A stretch of DNA of 64,000 bases from Octopus vulgaris (Eukaryota), in NCBI GenBank assembly GCA_951406725.2, contig OX597835.1, positions 20,460,001 through 20,524,000 on the forward strand, read 5' to 3'. Position 1 is the first letter of the stretch, and each line of letters starts with the position of its first letter. Below, one piece after another: positions 29,035-41,959 of the stretch. Under the pieces are notes generated by a model. It searched no databases and had not been told where the DNA came from. It saw nothing but the letters and a program-made list of their open reading frames with translations. The position numbers were made by a program, and so were the translations under genes.

Positions 29035-29315
29035 TATATATATATCATATATATAGTTATATATATATACATATGTATATATATATATATATCATATATA
29101 TAGTTATATATATATATATCATATATATACATATCATATATATAGTTATATATACATACATATGTATATATATATATCATATATACATCATATATATAGT
29201 TATATATATATACATATAGTATATATATATATATAAAAAAAAAACATATATACATCATATATATATATCATATATATATATATATATAATTATATATATA
29301 TATATATATATATAG

Positions 29316-29349
<34 letters not shown>

Positions 29350-29420
29350 TATATATAAAAAAAAAATCATATATATATTATATATAATATATATATATAT
29401 ATCATATATATCATATATAG

Positions 29421-29454
<34 letters not shown>

Positions 29455-29487
29455 TATATACATCATATATATAGTTTATATATATAC

Positions 29488-29525
<38 letters not shown>

Positions 29526-29527
29526 TA

Positions 29528-29624
<97 letters not shown>

Positions 29625-29625
29625 T
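28998..29625. repeat. Cryptic (TA)n minisatellite with recurring tcatata / tagttata interruptions
   Basis: Direct reading. Confidence 0.9.
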
Positions 29626-29673
29626 AAGTTTCTGTGTACCAAATACACTATAGTAGGTCATAGTAGGAGTCAC

Positions 29674-29757
29674 TTGCTCAAGCTGTCACGTAGTGGGGCT
29701 GAACCCGGAACCATGTGGGCAGGAAGCGAGCTTCTTACCACAGTCATGCTCGCACCT
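29674..29757 (-). mobile_element. SINE family A head fragment
   Basis: gaacccggaaccatgtgg...cttcttaccacag. Confidence 0.7.
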
Positions 29758-30745
29758 ATGTACATATATCTCTGTGTGTATGTGTATGTGGAGAGAGAGA
29801 CAGATAGAGGGAGAGAGAAAGAAAGAAATGCAAATACAGGTATATCATCTAGCACAGAACATATATCTCCGGCTCTAGTAGCTTCGTCGTAATTACCAAA
29901 TGACAACAGAAAGCATTCAATATGAAAAGAGGATATAATAGGAATAATTCCCCATAATTGAAAAACCGAAAGAAACGATCAGATAAGCGAACTGTAGTGA
30001 TACATATTTCCGCCTGAGTAAGCGTCATCAGCTCGACTTTCATCCGCACTTATCTACAGCAGCCAAGGTACTTAAGAGAGTAGAAGATATTTATGGCCAA
30101 AGTAATTGGTGTAATTCTAATACAAACTAACCAAAAGACATAATGTAGAGTGCCCAATAGAATCTATTTGAAGTGCAAACATTAGACATCACATTAATTA
30201 ATCAGGTAAATCGGTCGGAAGAACCAATCCTTCTGTATTCTTTATCTACGAGCAGAATTTGTAGTTTCAATTATTTCAATGTACTTCATACGACAGCATG
30301 AAATTTTAGATTAATTTGAAGCTCTTACTGTATTAATGCAGATAATCATTTCTCTGCAGATACACACGCGCGTGCGTGTATATACATTTATGTATAATAC
30401 CCGTACGCCTGTGTGTCTATATTACATATATTCATGAATGCAGATTTTCATGCAAACGTGTACGTAGTGAGATATGCAGTATGAATGCCGTCATCACTCT
30501 CTAGGAAACGTGTTTTTGCATTGTCAAGCTTTATCTGCTTCGAAGATGGTTAACGCAGGTAATGTAATTTAGTTATCAGTATGCTCAATCTTGTTAAATA
30601 TATTCTGCATTATTTAGTATTATTTTCATCGGCTCTGCTTAGTGTGTATTTAAAAAAATCCCTTTTCATTATTATAATCAAGTCTACAATCAGAGTCAGT
30701 GAACCGTTCATTCTGTAGGAAAACTAATATATATATATATATAAT

Positions 30746-30861
30746 TTTTTTTCGTAATGAGATAAAAAAAACCAAGGCTGTGTAGATTTTAGAACATTTA
30801 CATCTATCTATAAATGTTCTAAAATCTACACAGCCTTGATTTTTATCCCATTACGAAAAAA
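30746..30861. repeat. Fold-back palindrome (about 52-bp arms, 10-nt loop) next to (TA)n
   Basis: caaggctgtgtagattttagaacattta / taaatgttctaaaatctacacagccttg. Confidence 0.9.
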
Positions 30862-31031
30862 CATTTTTTATATATACACGCTGACATATGACCAAAGTTG
30901 AACCCCTTATTCGCATTATCACCGAACCTCGAACTTAACTATGGTCTATTTATAGCACTTATTCAGCATTACCTAACACCTATGTGTCTCAATAAGACCA
31001 TTACTTCTCATAAATTCTCTTTCTCTCATAT

Positions 31032-31340
31032 AGCAATTGCAGCGTGAAAGCTGTTTATAAGCCATTTAAGAAACACACAAAATCCTATAGATTCACTTCA
31101 ACATTTAAATTTAATTTGTCAAAATATTTTCGTCGCTTTGAGATACACCACGGGACTTTGTCAGTGAACAGGTCGCGGTCCCAAAGCGACGGAAATATTT
31201 TGACAAATTATATTTAAATGTTGAAGTGAATCTAACGGATTTCTTAAATGGCTTATAAGCATCTTCCACACAGCAATTGCTTTCGTTCCAGCACACGATC
31301 TCAGATCAGGTCACTTGCTATGCAAGTACAACTCTGTAAA
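31032..31340 (+). mobile_element. Fold-back PLE-like element with G3:C8 variant hammerhead
   Basis: Inverted arms about 31032-31143 and 31179-31281. Confidence 0.7.
31157..31207 (+). ncRNA. Hammerhead ribozyme variant (core GUGAACA; A13G in this copy)
   Basis: UUUGUCA-GUGAACA-g-GUCGC ggucccaaa GCGAC-GGAA-AUAU-UU-UGACAAA; the inverted arm retains GAAA. Confidence 0.65.
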
Positions 31341-31590
31341 TACACACACACACCAGGCACGTTGCCGTCAGTAGTTACTCAGGGTAGTCATTCGACGCCC
31401 TCTATGTAGTAAAACACACAAAAAGTAGGCGAAACACAGGTGAACAACTGAGCTGAAGGCAGGTTTACTACTGCCTTTATAGCACATTAAGGAAACGGTG
31501 TTGCAGGAGTGTACACAGCACGTGTACTATGCGTAGCTTAAATACTGAGATTAAAAACCAGGGGCCAATTACGCCTACCTAAACTATAAC

Positions 31591-31629
<39 letters not shown>

Positions 31630-31632
<3 letters not shown>

Positions 31633-31955
31633 TTATATGAGGGAATAAAATCTAAACTTACAAGGAAATAAATTCAATTTAGAAATGCTAAATCAAATTT
31701 CACACAATATAATATATATATAAAAAATTAGAAAAAAACACCTTTTATCAATTCAAAATGAACAATTAAATTACACGTGTCGTTATTCTACCAATTATAT
31801 ACGTTTTTATTATTTTTTTTTTTTTTGCAATTTACTTAATCATTGACATTTTATTGTTATTTTAATATTTATATTTATATTATATGTAATTTCCTAGATG
31901 TTGTAATTTAATTGTTCATTTTGAATTGATAAAATGTGTTTTTTTCGAATTTTAT
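31630..31955 (-). mobile_element. Fold-back PLE-like terminal remnant between (TA)n tracts
   Basis: Inverted arms about 31725-31775 and 31902-31953; terminus agggaataaaatctaaacttacaaggaaa resembles 39206-39235. Confidence 0.6.
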
Positions 31956-32129
31956 ATATATATATATATATATATTATAATGATTACAGTGGCAGTAACA
32001 AAATACTAATAATTCTTACTGTAATAGTTGGAACCCAATAAGAAATGAAAAAAAATTGAGGGATAATAATTTGATTGTAGTAAAAATGATAACAGTGAGG
32101 TTAATCCATGAAGCAATTAGATTTACATG

Positions 32130-33100
32130 TCTATAATTATAATTAGCATTCATGTTCTTTTACTGATTTCTAAACAGATTCCCAGTCTAGAAATACTTCG
32201 CACATACTGTATATTTAACAACATTGCCGTTGTAGTTATGATACTCGGGAGGAAAGCAAGATCTGAAAAGAGATACTTGATGGGATTATTGAAAACTTGT
32301 GAAGCATTAATACAGGCGACTTCCGAAGGGAAGCTTTTATGTGACTACAATTCGTAACTTGTTGTGTTAACCAAGTCTATTTCAGATAGTAATGGATTCG
32401 GCTTTACTGCACTGATATCCACTTGTTCCCGCCAACCAGCGCAAAAATAACTGACGAATATTATTTTAACTTCGAAGATACACGCAGAGGAGTGTCCACC
32501 CTATCGAATCTCCGTGAAAAATTAACTGCAAATATTTGTATGGCAATGTCTGAAATGCTGAAGTCATGCAATCAAATAAGCTTTCGTAAAGCTCAACAAT
32601 TAAAGAGAATATAACATGTCTATTGTCATCTCAATACTCCGAAGTAACATTTCATCTTGTGAAAGTATATTCTGTTGTTGATGTATTCAGTGTAGTGTGC
32701 AAGTTATAGCTACTTAATGTTCGTAAGGAAGGCTTTCCTGTCACTATCCAATTAATTCTAATGTAGAGAAACAGCTGCAGACCTAAGCGAAAATACCATT
32801 AGTCAAAAACGACAGAAGTCTGAATACAAAATGATCGTCTGTCCAGGAAAAATTTTCAATTAGATTTGCTGGAGCGCCAAATGCTACACAGTGTCACTTC
32901 ATAATAATCAAACATACAGGGTGATAGCAGTTGATGGAACAGCAGGCAGTAAGTTTACGGCGCTTTGTTGAGCTGCACTGAATACTTTACAGTCTTCCCT
33001 GAAGACGGAGGCTGGTGTTATCCGATGGTGTAATGAATTTACAATTAGTATTTTGAACCACTAATACCCTAGAAACAGTTGTTGGACACTGTCGATTTAC
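32130..33100 (+). mobile_element. Possible highly decayed Penelope-like ORF end plus pLTR with a degenerate hammerhead (32989-33092)
   Basis: Frameshifted VV.VF.CS..ASY (GIY-YIG-like) near 32670-32710; acagt.tcc-CTGAAGA-long stem II-GAAA-CAGTTG-TT-gga.actgt. Confidence 0.35.
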
Positions 33101-34293
33101 GTTTATGAATTACTAAAATCCTTAAATAGAGGGAGCTGTCAAGTGTTACTGAAAATTATGAGAATATACATTGTCTTTAAAACTCGATTCGATTTCATAA
33201 GAGGATTCAATAAGGAGGGCGGGATAAGTTTGCAAGATGTAGCAAGAAATGGAGGTGTACGAAGCCTACTGAGATACTTCTATGATGGTTAGAAGAGATG
33301 AAACGGTCGGAAAATATATGCGAAACTTTCAAAATGTGTAATTCTAATTTTAAAGCTACTCAAAGTTTTATAAATTTGTCGATTATTATATTCAGCAAAT
33401 GCTTTTAGTTAGAAAATTTAGACTTTGTAAGTTGTAACCAAAAACAAACATCTGAATTTATCAATTATTCTAACATTAAATGCATTTATTTTTAAAGATT
33501 TGCAAATTTAAACACAGGTTTCCGATTTTATCAATTATTTTACTTTTGTTAAATAAAAGTTTCTGCTAATTAAACAAGAAAATATTTCACTCTCATCTTT
33601 AGAATATGAAGAAGCCAAACCGTAGCCTTTGGAAATTGCATTAGGTGTAGTCTAAACGTGAAACGTAAAAGTCTTTACGGAATCTATAGATGATAGACAG
33701 AAGTTTCTTCGATTGTTTAATTAATTTTTTGAAATCCGTGCCAAAAATATTAATTGACAGAATAATATTACAAACACAATGTTAGGCGATACGAAAGTGA
33801 AAAAAAAAAATCAGTTCACCGTTAGGAATAGAAAATTTAAATAATTAAAAGTAACTGCGATAAACAAACGATGGTCGTAGTGAAAATTATGGAGTGATAT
33901 TGTAAAAATATGGAGATAATGAATTAATTGAAAGAATAGACAAAGGAATCATGAACAGTTTAATGAATAGTTTAGGAAATTCCATACAGATTATTGGCAT
34001 GTGATGGTGAAACCTTTGAGAGCAACAACAAAAAAATAGTATGAACGTACAAAAACATTAAGTTATTTAAACGTAAATCGCGTGTATATTAAGAGAACTG
34101 CACGCCGGTAGTTGAAGGAAGCTGACAGTTTTGTAAAAGTGTGGTTGAATGGAAAGCAACCACACATTACAATATGTCAAAATATATGTGCGTCTTGGTG
34201 TGTCCAATGTGTATATATGTTCTCAACGAAAACATATATATACATATCACCATAAGTATCACTATGCACAACCCTCTCTCTCTCCCTTTCTGA

Positions 34294-34332
<39 letters not shown>

Positions 34333-34344
34333 CACATACATGAA

Positions 34345-34389
<45 letters not shown>

Positions 34390-34400
34390 TTTATAGATGG

Positions 34401-34435
<35 letters not shown>

Positions 34436-34587
34436 AAAAAACACGTACACATACATATACAGATGGATGTGCATATATACATATATAGATGAATGTGCAT
34501 ATATAGATAGATGTATATATATACATATATAGATGGATGTATATATATATATATATAGATGGATGTATATATATACATATATAGATG

Positions 34588-34668
<81 letters not shown>

Positions 34669-34712
34669 GGATATATATATATATATGTATATGTATACAT
34701 ACATAGGTGGAT

Positions 34713-34811
<99 letters not shown>

Positions 34812-35384
34812 AATGTTATAGTATATATATTCAAGTTCATAAACATCTAAGCATGCACAATTCCGGTGGATTTATTTGAGATTATTTCTTTGAATTGAAG
34901 CCGATCCTTCATTCAGTGAGAAATCTCTTTGATTTAATTCAAGATAGTGCATTGGATTTGTGCATATGTAAAATTCAAGTGTGCATATATGTACGTCTAT
35001 GTATGTGTGTTGTTGTGTGTATACCCCACTTGAACTTAGTAAACCCTTTGATTTTTAGGGTTGCATACAAATCTGTTACTTCATAATCCAGCGCACCTAT
35101 GAAAATATTGCACATGGATGTCAATTCTTATCATGCCATAGCTCGAGTAACAAATTTTCGCATCCTCTATAATGTTTCACACATTTGCTGAAGTTCAAAT
35201 GTTTCGCTCCATGTCCCGTACAAGATCCCGCCTATCGCCGAGCTAGAGTCTTTTGGGGGAGGGCTAGCCAGTGGTGTTTGTTTTTGAAGCTGTCATATAG
35301 TGTATTTGGTATGGTTTTACTATAGCCAAGTGGTCAGTCTCCTCTGTGTATTGCTTTGTATGTTTTTAGAAGCATTTGAATATA

Positions 35385-35660
35385 AATCTAAGGATTTTGT
35401 TTGACACGGGCAAGGTCAAATTATAATAATGAAATTATCGTATACAGTGCTCAGGTGCACCACAAATTATCAGAAAGTGCGTATAAAGTGTATTCAGTAA
35501 TGTACAAATATCTGGAAAGCGAACAGTGTATGAGTCAGATACATGTTTGCGTGTGTATGGAGGGGAGAAAATCAGGTGTAGTTTTGGCTAATCTCAGGAA
35601 GCATGGAAGTTTTGAAGGATGCAGTGCTCTGATAACTAACAACTGATGCCAGCAGTTTGT
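35385..35660 (-). mobile_element. CR1/L2-like LINE 3' end
   Basis: Minus strand KLLASVVSYQSTASFKTSMLPEISQNYT* (WNxLP..SFK-type terminus) followed by a 3' UTR. Confidence 0.55.
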
Positions 35661-35832
35661 CACATCCTATCACAAAGTAAAAGTCTAAGGGTATCTGCAT
35701 CTTAACTCTTGGTTAATATATCGTATCGATGTAACTCCTTGAGTGAAGGTATAAACTTTCTAGGTGTGATGCATTTATGCCAAATCTAAGGGAGGCTACT
35801 ATTCCTGGGTGGATACAAATATAGAAATTTTC

Positions 35833-36210
35833 TGTCGCTTCGTAGTAAGAAGCTTGCAACCAGACCACATGGTACCGACTTCAGTCCCTTGCATGGAAAG
35901 CGTTTTCTGCTGTAGCCAATGGCCGACCAACGCCATGTGTGTGGATTTCGTAGACGGGAACCGGGGGAAACCCGTCGTATATGCGTGTGTGTGTCTCTGT
36001 GGCTGCATTTGCTTCTCCCCACCGCTTGACAATCAGTGTTGGTTTGTTTAGATCCTTGTGACTTCGTGATCCAGCAAAAAGAGATCGACACAATAAGTAT
36101 TAGGCTTAAAAAATTCAGTACATGAGTCGATCTATTCAACAAAACGTTCATCAAGGCAGTGCCGCACAATGGCTGCAGTCCAATGACTGAAACAGGTGAA
36201 AGCTAAAAGT
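35833..36210 (+). mobile_element. SINE family A (old, diverged)
   Basis: Colinear with family A, including the tail gcagtccaatgactgaaaca. Confidence 0.75.
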
Positions 36211-36971
36211 TAAGTATTTCCACCCTGTATAGGTTGTTCACATGGAATAAGTGTACACTAAGATTGCCAAATCAAGAAAACCTGGCCTCATTTCATAATG
36301 TTATTATCGTCGTTCTTGTGTGCATATCTATTCAGATCTCCCTCTACACTATTCTGTAGTAACTGGATAACTGATATGAGAGACCGTATTTTCTACCTTC
36401 GTAACTCTGAATGCATAAACCCCATTTAAAATTGATACTGTCAATGACACACCTGATGTAGATGTAACTCTTGTAGTTGCAGTGTCTCCAAGTGCCCATT
36501 CTAGTAACTCTAATTTTGGTATCAGCATTGTCAGTGCGAAATTAGTGTGGAATTTGGCGTTATAGAATGCAAAATGTTCTTGCCTCCATACATTCCGAAA
36601 TCTAATCAATCAAAAAAAAAAAAAGAAGCTTTGTTCACAACCCCAATGTATGAAGTGTTCTCATGAATTCTGAGGCATTTCTAGAATTCGTCATTAGAGA
36701 ATAGAAAGATGGTCAAATAGAAATATTAATTTTTGATGATTCTAACTCTATCCCGATGTCCAGCAGAAACGTTATATGGAAGTGTATCTGTGTATTTGGT
36801 GAAGGAAAATATTTTTTTAAAACAGAGGAACGTTTTCAACAAAATAGGCATTTGTGATATTGATTTTTGTCTCAATCAGGCAGGTGTATACGCTCATAAT
36901 TAGGCAGGACAAGTTCCATGTAATTATCATCTATGGTTACACTTCATTTTGATAACGAGTTGCTGTCGCCG

Positions 36972-37019
<48 letters not shown>

Positions 37020-37025
37020 AAAGTT

Positions 37026-37067
<42 letters not shown>

Positions 37068-37300
37068 AAAGTACTACTACTACTACTACTACTACTACTA
37101 AAAGTACTACTACTACTACTACTACTACTAAAAGTACTACTACTGCTACTACTACTACTATTGTTGCTGCTACTACATAACTCACTACTGATACTACTAC
37201 TATTACCAATACAACTAGTACTCCTATTGCTGTTATTGCAAATACTACTACTTCTGCTGCAGGTACTACTGCTGCTGCTAATGCTACTACTACTAATACA
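36972..37300. repeat. (CTA)n microsatellite with aaag interruptions
   Basis: Direct reading. Confidence 0.95.
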
Positions 37301-38938
37301 GCTTCTACAAGTAATAACATCAACAAAACCAACGAAAACAACAACAATAGTAATAACAGTAGTAATAATAATAATAACGTTTCAAATTTTGCCACAAGGG
37401 CACTTTGAACAGTTACAATGAATCTCTCAATACTGGAGATGTAAAAATTTCATGTGGCATTTCCCACGGTGACTATCACCACTTCTCTTTTAACTAGCCT
37501 TAATACCGCTCTCGAAATTGCTCGATGATGTACGATATGGCTATAAAACGTTTGATACATATATGTCATCTCTTTTTTAGGGCCTTTACCAGTTGAACAT
37601 GTCCCTTAGCGGCTGTCGATATGTGCTTCTATGATCACGAGCAGAAGTAGTAAAGTAGTATCATAGCCATGTCTTGAGAGGAATGCTTTGGGGTCTGAAT
37701 AATTCACCTCTGGAAACATGGGTGTTTCGTTCAATATTCTTCAACAAAATTTATCGAGGGACCTTTTGAGCAAGATAGGCTACTCGACCTGGAAAAATTC
37801 TAACTGGGCGCCACCTGCTGGCTCATGCACTATTTATCATGGTAGGAAATCACCATCTCGCGCGCATATCGTTGTGGTGTACGCTTATCAGACGGGAAGT
37901 CAAGATGGGTATACAGGGCTTCGTATATTTTACCCCAGTTTCACTTTGATGATATGCACTTCTCTATCACTCAATAATAATAATAATGAAAGAAGTACTA
38001 CTATTACTACAGAATGTGTATTACTAGAGGCAGAGGCAGTAAAACTAGCAACCGCGTAGGAGAAACTATAACATTTGCGAAAAGAAAATAAATTAAAATA
38101 CAGTAAGTAAAAATCAAAAAGTTAACATCAATGAATTTTCTAAATGTTTCATACATAATTACCGGAAATAATTTTTAAAAGAACATAGGCTTAATTTTTT
38201 TTCCAATTAAATGAATTCGGAATAGATATGATTGAAATTCGAGTGAAAAATCACTTTTCTTATCTGTACGTATATATGAATTATTATCTTAAATCAAAAA
38301 TATATTTCTCTATCTAATAAATATATCTTTCATTTTTTTTCCTTTACTGCTTTTTTGCGTTTTACTTGCTTCGATGAATGCATTCTACCTGATCATTCAT
38401 TACTGTTTCTTCCAAACGATTTATCTCTACCAACTGAAGTCAAATTAATTATGTTAACACGAACTATGCTTTTGATTTTATAAACGAAATATCAAGTGCT
38501 GCATAATATAATTTTTACATTATTTTGCATTAAATATTTACCAAACGAGATATGTAGATATATACACTATATATATGTGTGTTTGTAAGCAGTTGTGTAC
38601 TGTGTAGGTGTGTAGATAATTTGAGTTTGTAAGGTGTAGTATGGACATTCATATCTCAGGTGAGCGAGTTTATGACTAGATGCAACAGCGTATCCTAAGT
38701 TATAATGCACTCATTAAAAGTTTTCATAAAGTTATAAACAACAGTTACAAATCTAATTGCGTACTGAATTATGCTTGCATATGCATCGGTGAATGGACAT
38801 CTGTGTGTGTATCCACACCTACGTACACGCTGAAATAATTGATACATGTATATGTGTGTTTTCTTACTGGAGTATGTACTTATACACACGCACTCACATA
38901 CACACACACATACATATATATATACATATACTTATAAA

Positions 38939-39099
38939 CGACGGGCTTCTTTCAGTCTCCATCTAGCAAATCCACTCACAAGGCTTTGGTCGGCTTAAGG
39001 CTATAGTGGAAGACACTTGCCTATGGTGCAACGCTGTGGAACTGAACCCGGAACCATGTGGTTGGTGTGCAAGCTACTTACCACACACCCACTCGTACG

Positions 39100-39103
<4 letters not shown>
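38939..39103 (-). mobile_element. SINE family A 5' half
   Basis: cgacgggcttctttcagt...gaacccggaaccatgtggttgg. Confidence 0.85.
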
Positions 39104-39173
<70 letters not shown>

Positions 39174-39371
39174 TATATATATATATATATATAATAATAA
39201 ATATTAGGGAATAAATCCAAATTTACAGGGAAAAAATCAGATTTAGGATTAAATCCAATTTTATAGTAAAATATTATAAAATATTATTAGAGACAAAACC
39301 ACTATTTTGCAAAACAAACAAGGAAAGACTTAATCAATACATACAATTTTAATAAATAGTCAAAAAAACCG

Positions 39372-39414
39372 CCACTACAATTGTTTCTTGTCTTGATCGA
39401 CAATCTTCAGGTGG
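39372..39414 (-). ncRNA. Minimal type-I hammerhead ribozyme
   Basis: CCAC-CUGAAGA-UUGUC gaucaa GACAA-GAAA-CAAUUG-UA-GUGG. Confidence 0.85.
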
Positions 39415-39899
39415 ACTTCCAATCTAAAATATCAATATTTTAAAATATAAAAATAATAATTTTAAAATAATTAAAGTATTAATGAAAAAATATAAATATA
39501 TAATCCATATATAACCTATATATAATCCATATATAATCAATATATAAACAATATATAAACTAAAATAAACCTATCAACAATTAAATATAAAATATAAAAT
39601 ATAAAATATAAAATATAAAATATAAAACAAAACAAAAAAATAATAATAATATAATAATAATAACTATATATACACCCATACACATATAACTAATTATATA
39701 TAACCATATCTAACTACATACACTAAATCACACACCTATATATATATCCCTATACATACACATAAAAACGTCTAGGCAACTATAAATAAAATAGCTAAAT
39801 ACTTCAACACAATACTTTTTCATACTCCCACACACACACATACAACCCACATTCCCGCTCTAGAAACGGACATCACTATTGATATTTTAGATTGGAAGT

Positions 39900-39942
39900 C
39901 CACCTGAAGATTGTCGATCAAGACAAGAAACAATTGTAGTGG
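39900..39942 (+). ncRNA. Minimal type-I hammerhead ribozyme (inverted copy)
   Basis: Identical to the 39372-39414 motif; palindromic stem III ACAAUUGU. Confidence 0.85.
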
Positions 39943-40030
39943 CGGTTTTTTTTGACTATTTATTAAAATTTTATGTATTGATTAAGTATTTCCTTGTTTG
40001 TTTTGCAAAATAGTGGTTTTGTCTCTAATA

Positions 40031-40093
<63 letters not shown>

Positions 40094-40094
40094 T

Positions 40095-40830
40095 CTGTGC
40101 ATGTGGTCGTGCGCGCCCGAACGCGTACGGGTGCTCTCGATTTTGTCATCTCGAAATAACTTCTTGAAACTATTTTCCTTCCATGACTTCGTACATGACC
40201 TTTCAAGCCTCCTTTCGACTTAATCACTTTGGCACACACGTTGCGCTTCAAACTGTGTTGTGGAGACAACTTCATTTGCTTCATATCACCATGTTACCCC
40301 AGGCTGCTCTTGAACCCAGCAATAGACAGGTTCTTCGAACTGAAACCAGCAATAGACAGGTTCTTCGAATTGTTTCGATTTGGCTATCTTTGTTCGCACA
40401 TTTTGATGTAGCAACGCACTACGTCTTCCGAATTCTTCTTTTGTGTGTTGCATGCTGATTTACTTCTCTCTCATGAAAAGCTACGCCATAAAAGAATTTT
40501 TCTCTGCCTGGCCCTATCGGTAGCTCATCATCCTTACCAGTTCTCAACAGAAAAATCACAATTCCTCAATCTCTCCGCACTACTCTTTGGGTTTGGGTTT
40601 TCTCTTGCCTCGTTTCAGTTCCCCATAAAAAATATGTTACTTTGAATCCTACTATTACAGGTCCCAACATAGATGTCTCCTCCAACTTAAATACGCTTCG
40701 AAAGGTCATAGTTTCAAGTGTATCCATTTTAGATTTCACTAGAACTTCGGTATCCGAAATACGTGTGGTATATTTCACATTTGGTATGTGTCTCAAACAA
40801 CGCTAATGAAACGATCATTCAATAAAGCTA
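40095..40830 (-). mobile_element. RTE-type LINE 3' fragment
   Basis: RHIPNVKYTTRISDTEVL and a C-terminal C2H2-like NVCAKVIKSKGGLKGHVRSH; short internal tandem duplication at about 40317-40369. Confidence 0.7.
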
Positions 40831-40992
40831 AAACACGCTAGTATTGTGGGTGGATATCTCTGTTTTCTTTTTATATATGTTCTTAATACCACGGCAGTAG
40901 GTGAGGTATTTTAAGATGAAGAAGCATTGCGATTTTTTTCAGCGAACCTATTTTAATCAGCTTCACTATATCTTTTCTTTCTTCAGTTTTTT

Positions 40993-41055
40993 CTCTATCT
41001 ATGTATCTATCTATCTTCCCTTCTATCTAACTATCTATCTATCTATCTATCTAAC

Positions 41056-41124
<69 letters not shown>

Positions 41125-41143
41125 GTATCTATCTATCTTCCCT

Positions 41144-41222
<79 letters not shown>

Positions 41223-41272
41223 GTCTGTCTGTCTGTATGTCTGTCTGTCTGTCTGCCTGCCTGCCTGCCTGC

Positions 41273-41370
<98 letters not shown>

Positions 41371-41424
41371 GTCTGTCTGTCTGTATGTCTGTCTGTCTGT
41401 ATGTCTGTCTGTCTGTCTGTCTGC

Positions 41425-41474
<50 letters not shown>

Positions 41475-41500
41475 GTCTGTCTGTCTGTCTGTCTGTCTGC

Positions 41501-41532
<32 letters not shown>

Positions 41533-41559
41533 ATATCTATCTATCTATATATCTATCTA

Positions 41560-41590
<31 letters not shown>

Positions 41591-41597
41591 GTCTGTA

Positions 41598-41632
<35 letters not shown>

Positions 41633-41660
41633 ATATCTATCTTCCCTTCCATCTATCTAT
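40993..41660. repeat. (TATC)n/(TGTC)n/(TGCC)n compound microsatellite
   Basis: Direct reading. Confidence 0.95.
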
Positions 41661-41959
41661 CTCCCCTTCTCTCTTTCTCTCTCATAATAATAAACACCAA
41701 CTATCGCAAAGGCATCCAAGCGCACAAGCATACACACAAACATTAATACACTCACAGTTTATCACTCATATAAACAGACAATGTTTATTCAGATTCACTC
41801 AATGGTCAGTGAGTAGCTGCGCTGCCACAACATTCCAAATATCAAAGAAAAAAATGGTGGTAGTTGCCCACAGTAGTTACATGAAATGCTTTTGGATTGC
41901 TTCGAATAAACTACAACGCTTATATTAAAAAACTCAACTTCCACGCTGACCGGAGTTCA

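Larger units (their letters stand above)
39192..40040 (-). mobile_element. Non-autonomous PLE-like element with inverted pLTR copy, inside (TA)n
   Basis: Inverted arms of about 163 bp (39275-39437 and 39877-40040) with about 2 mismatches, each carrying an HHR; (TA)n on both sides. Confidence 0.85.
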
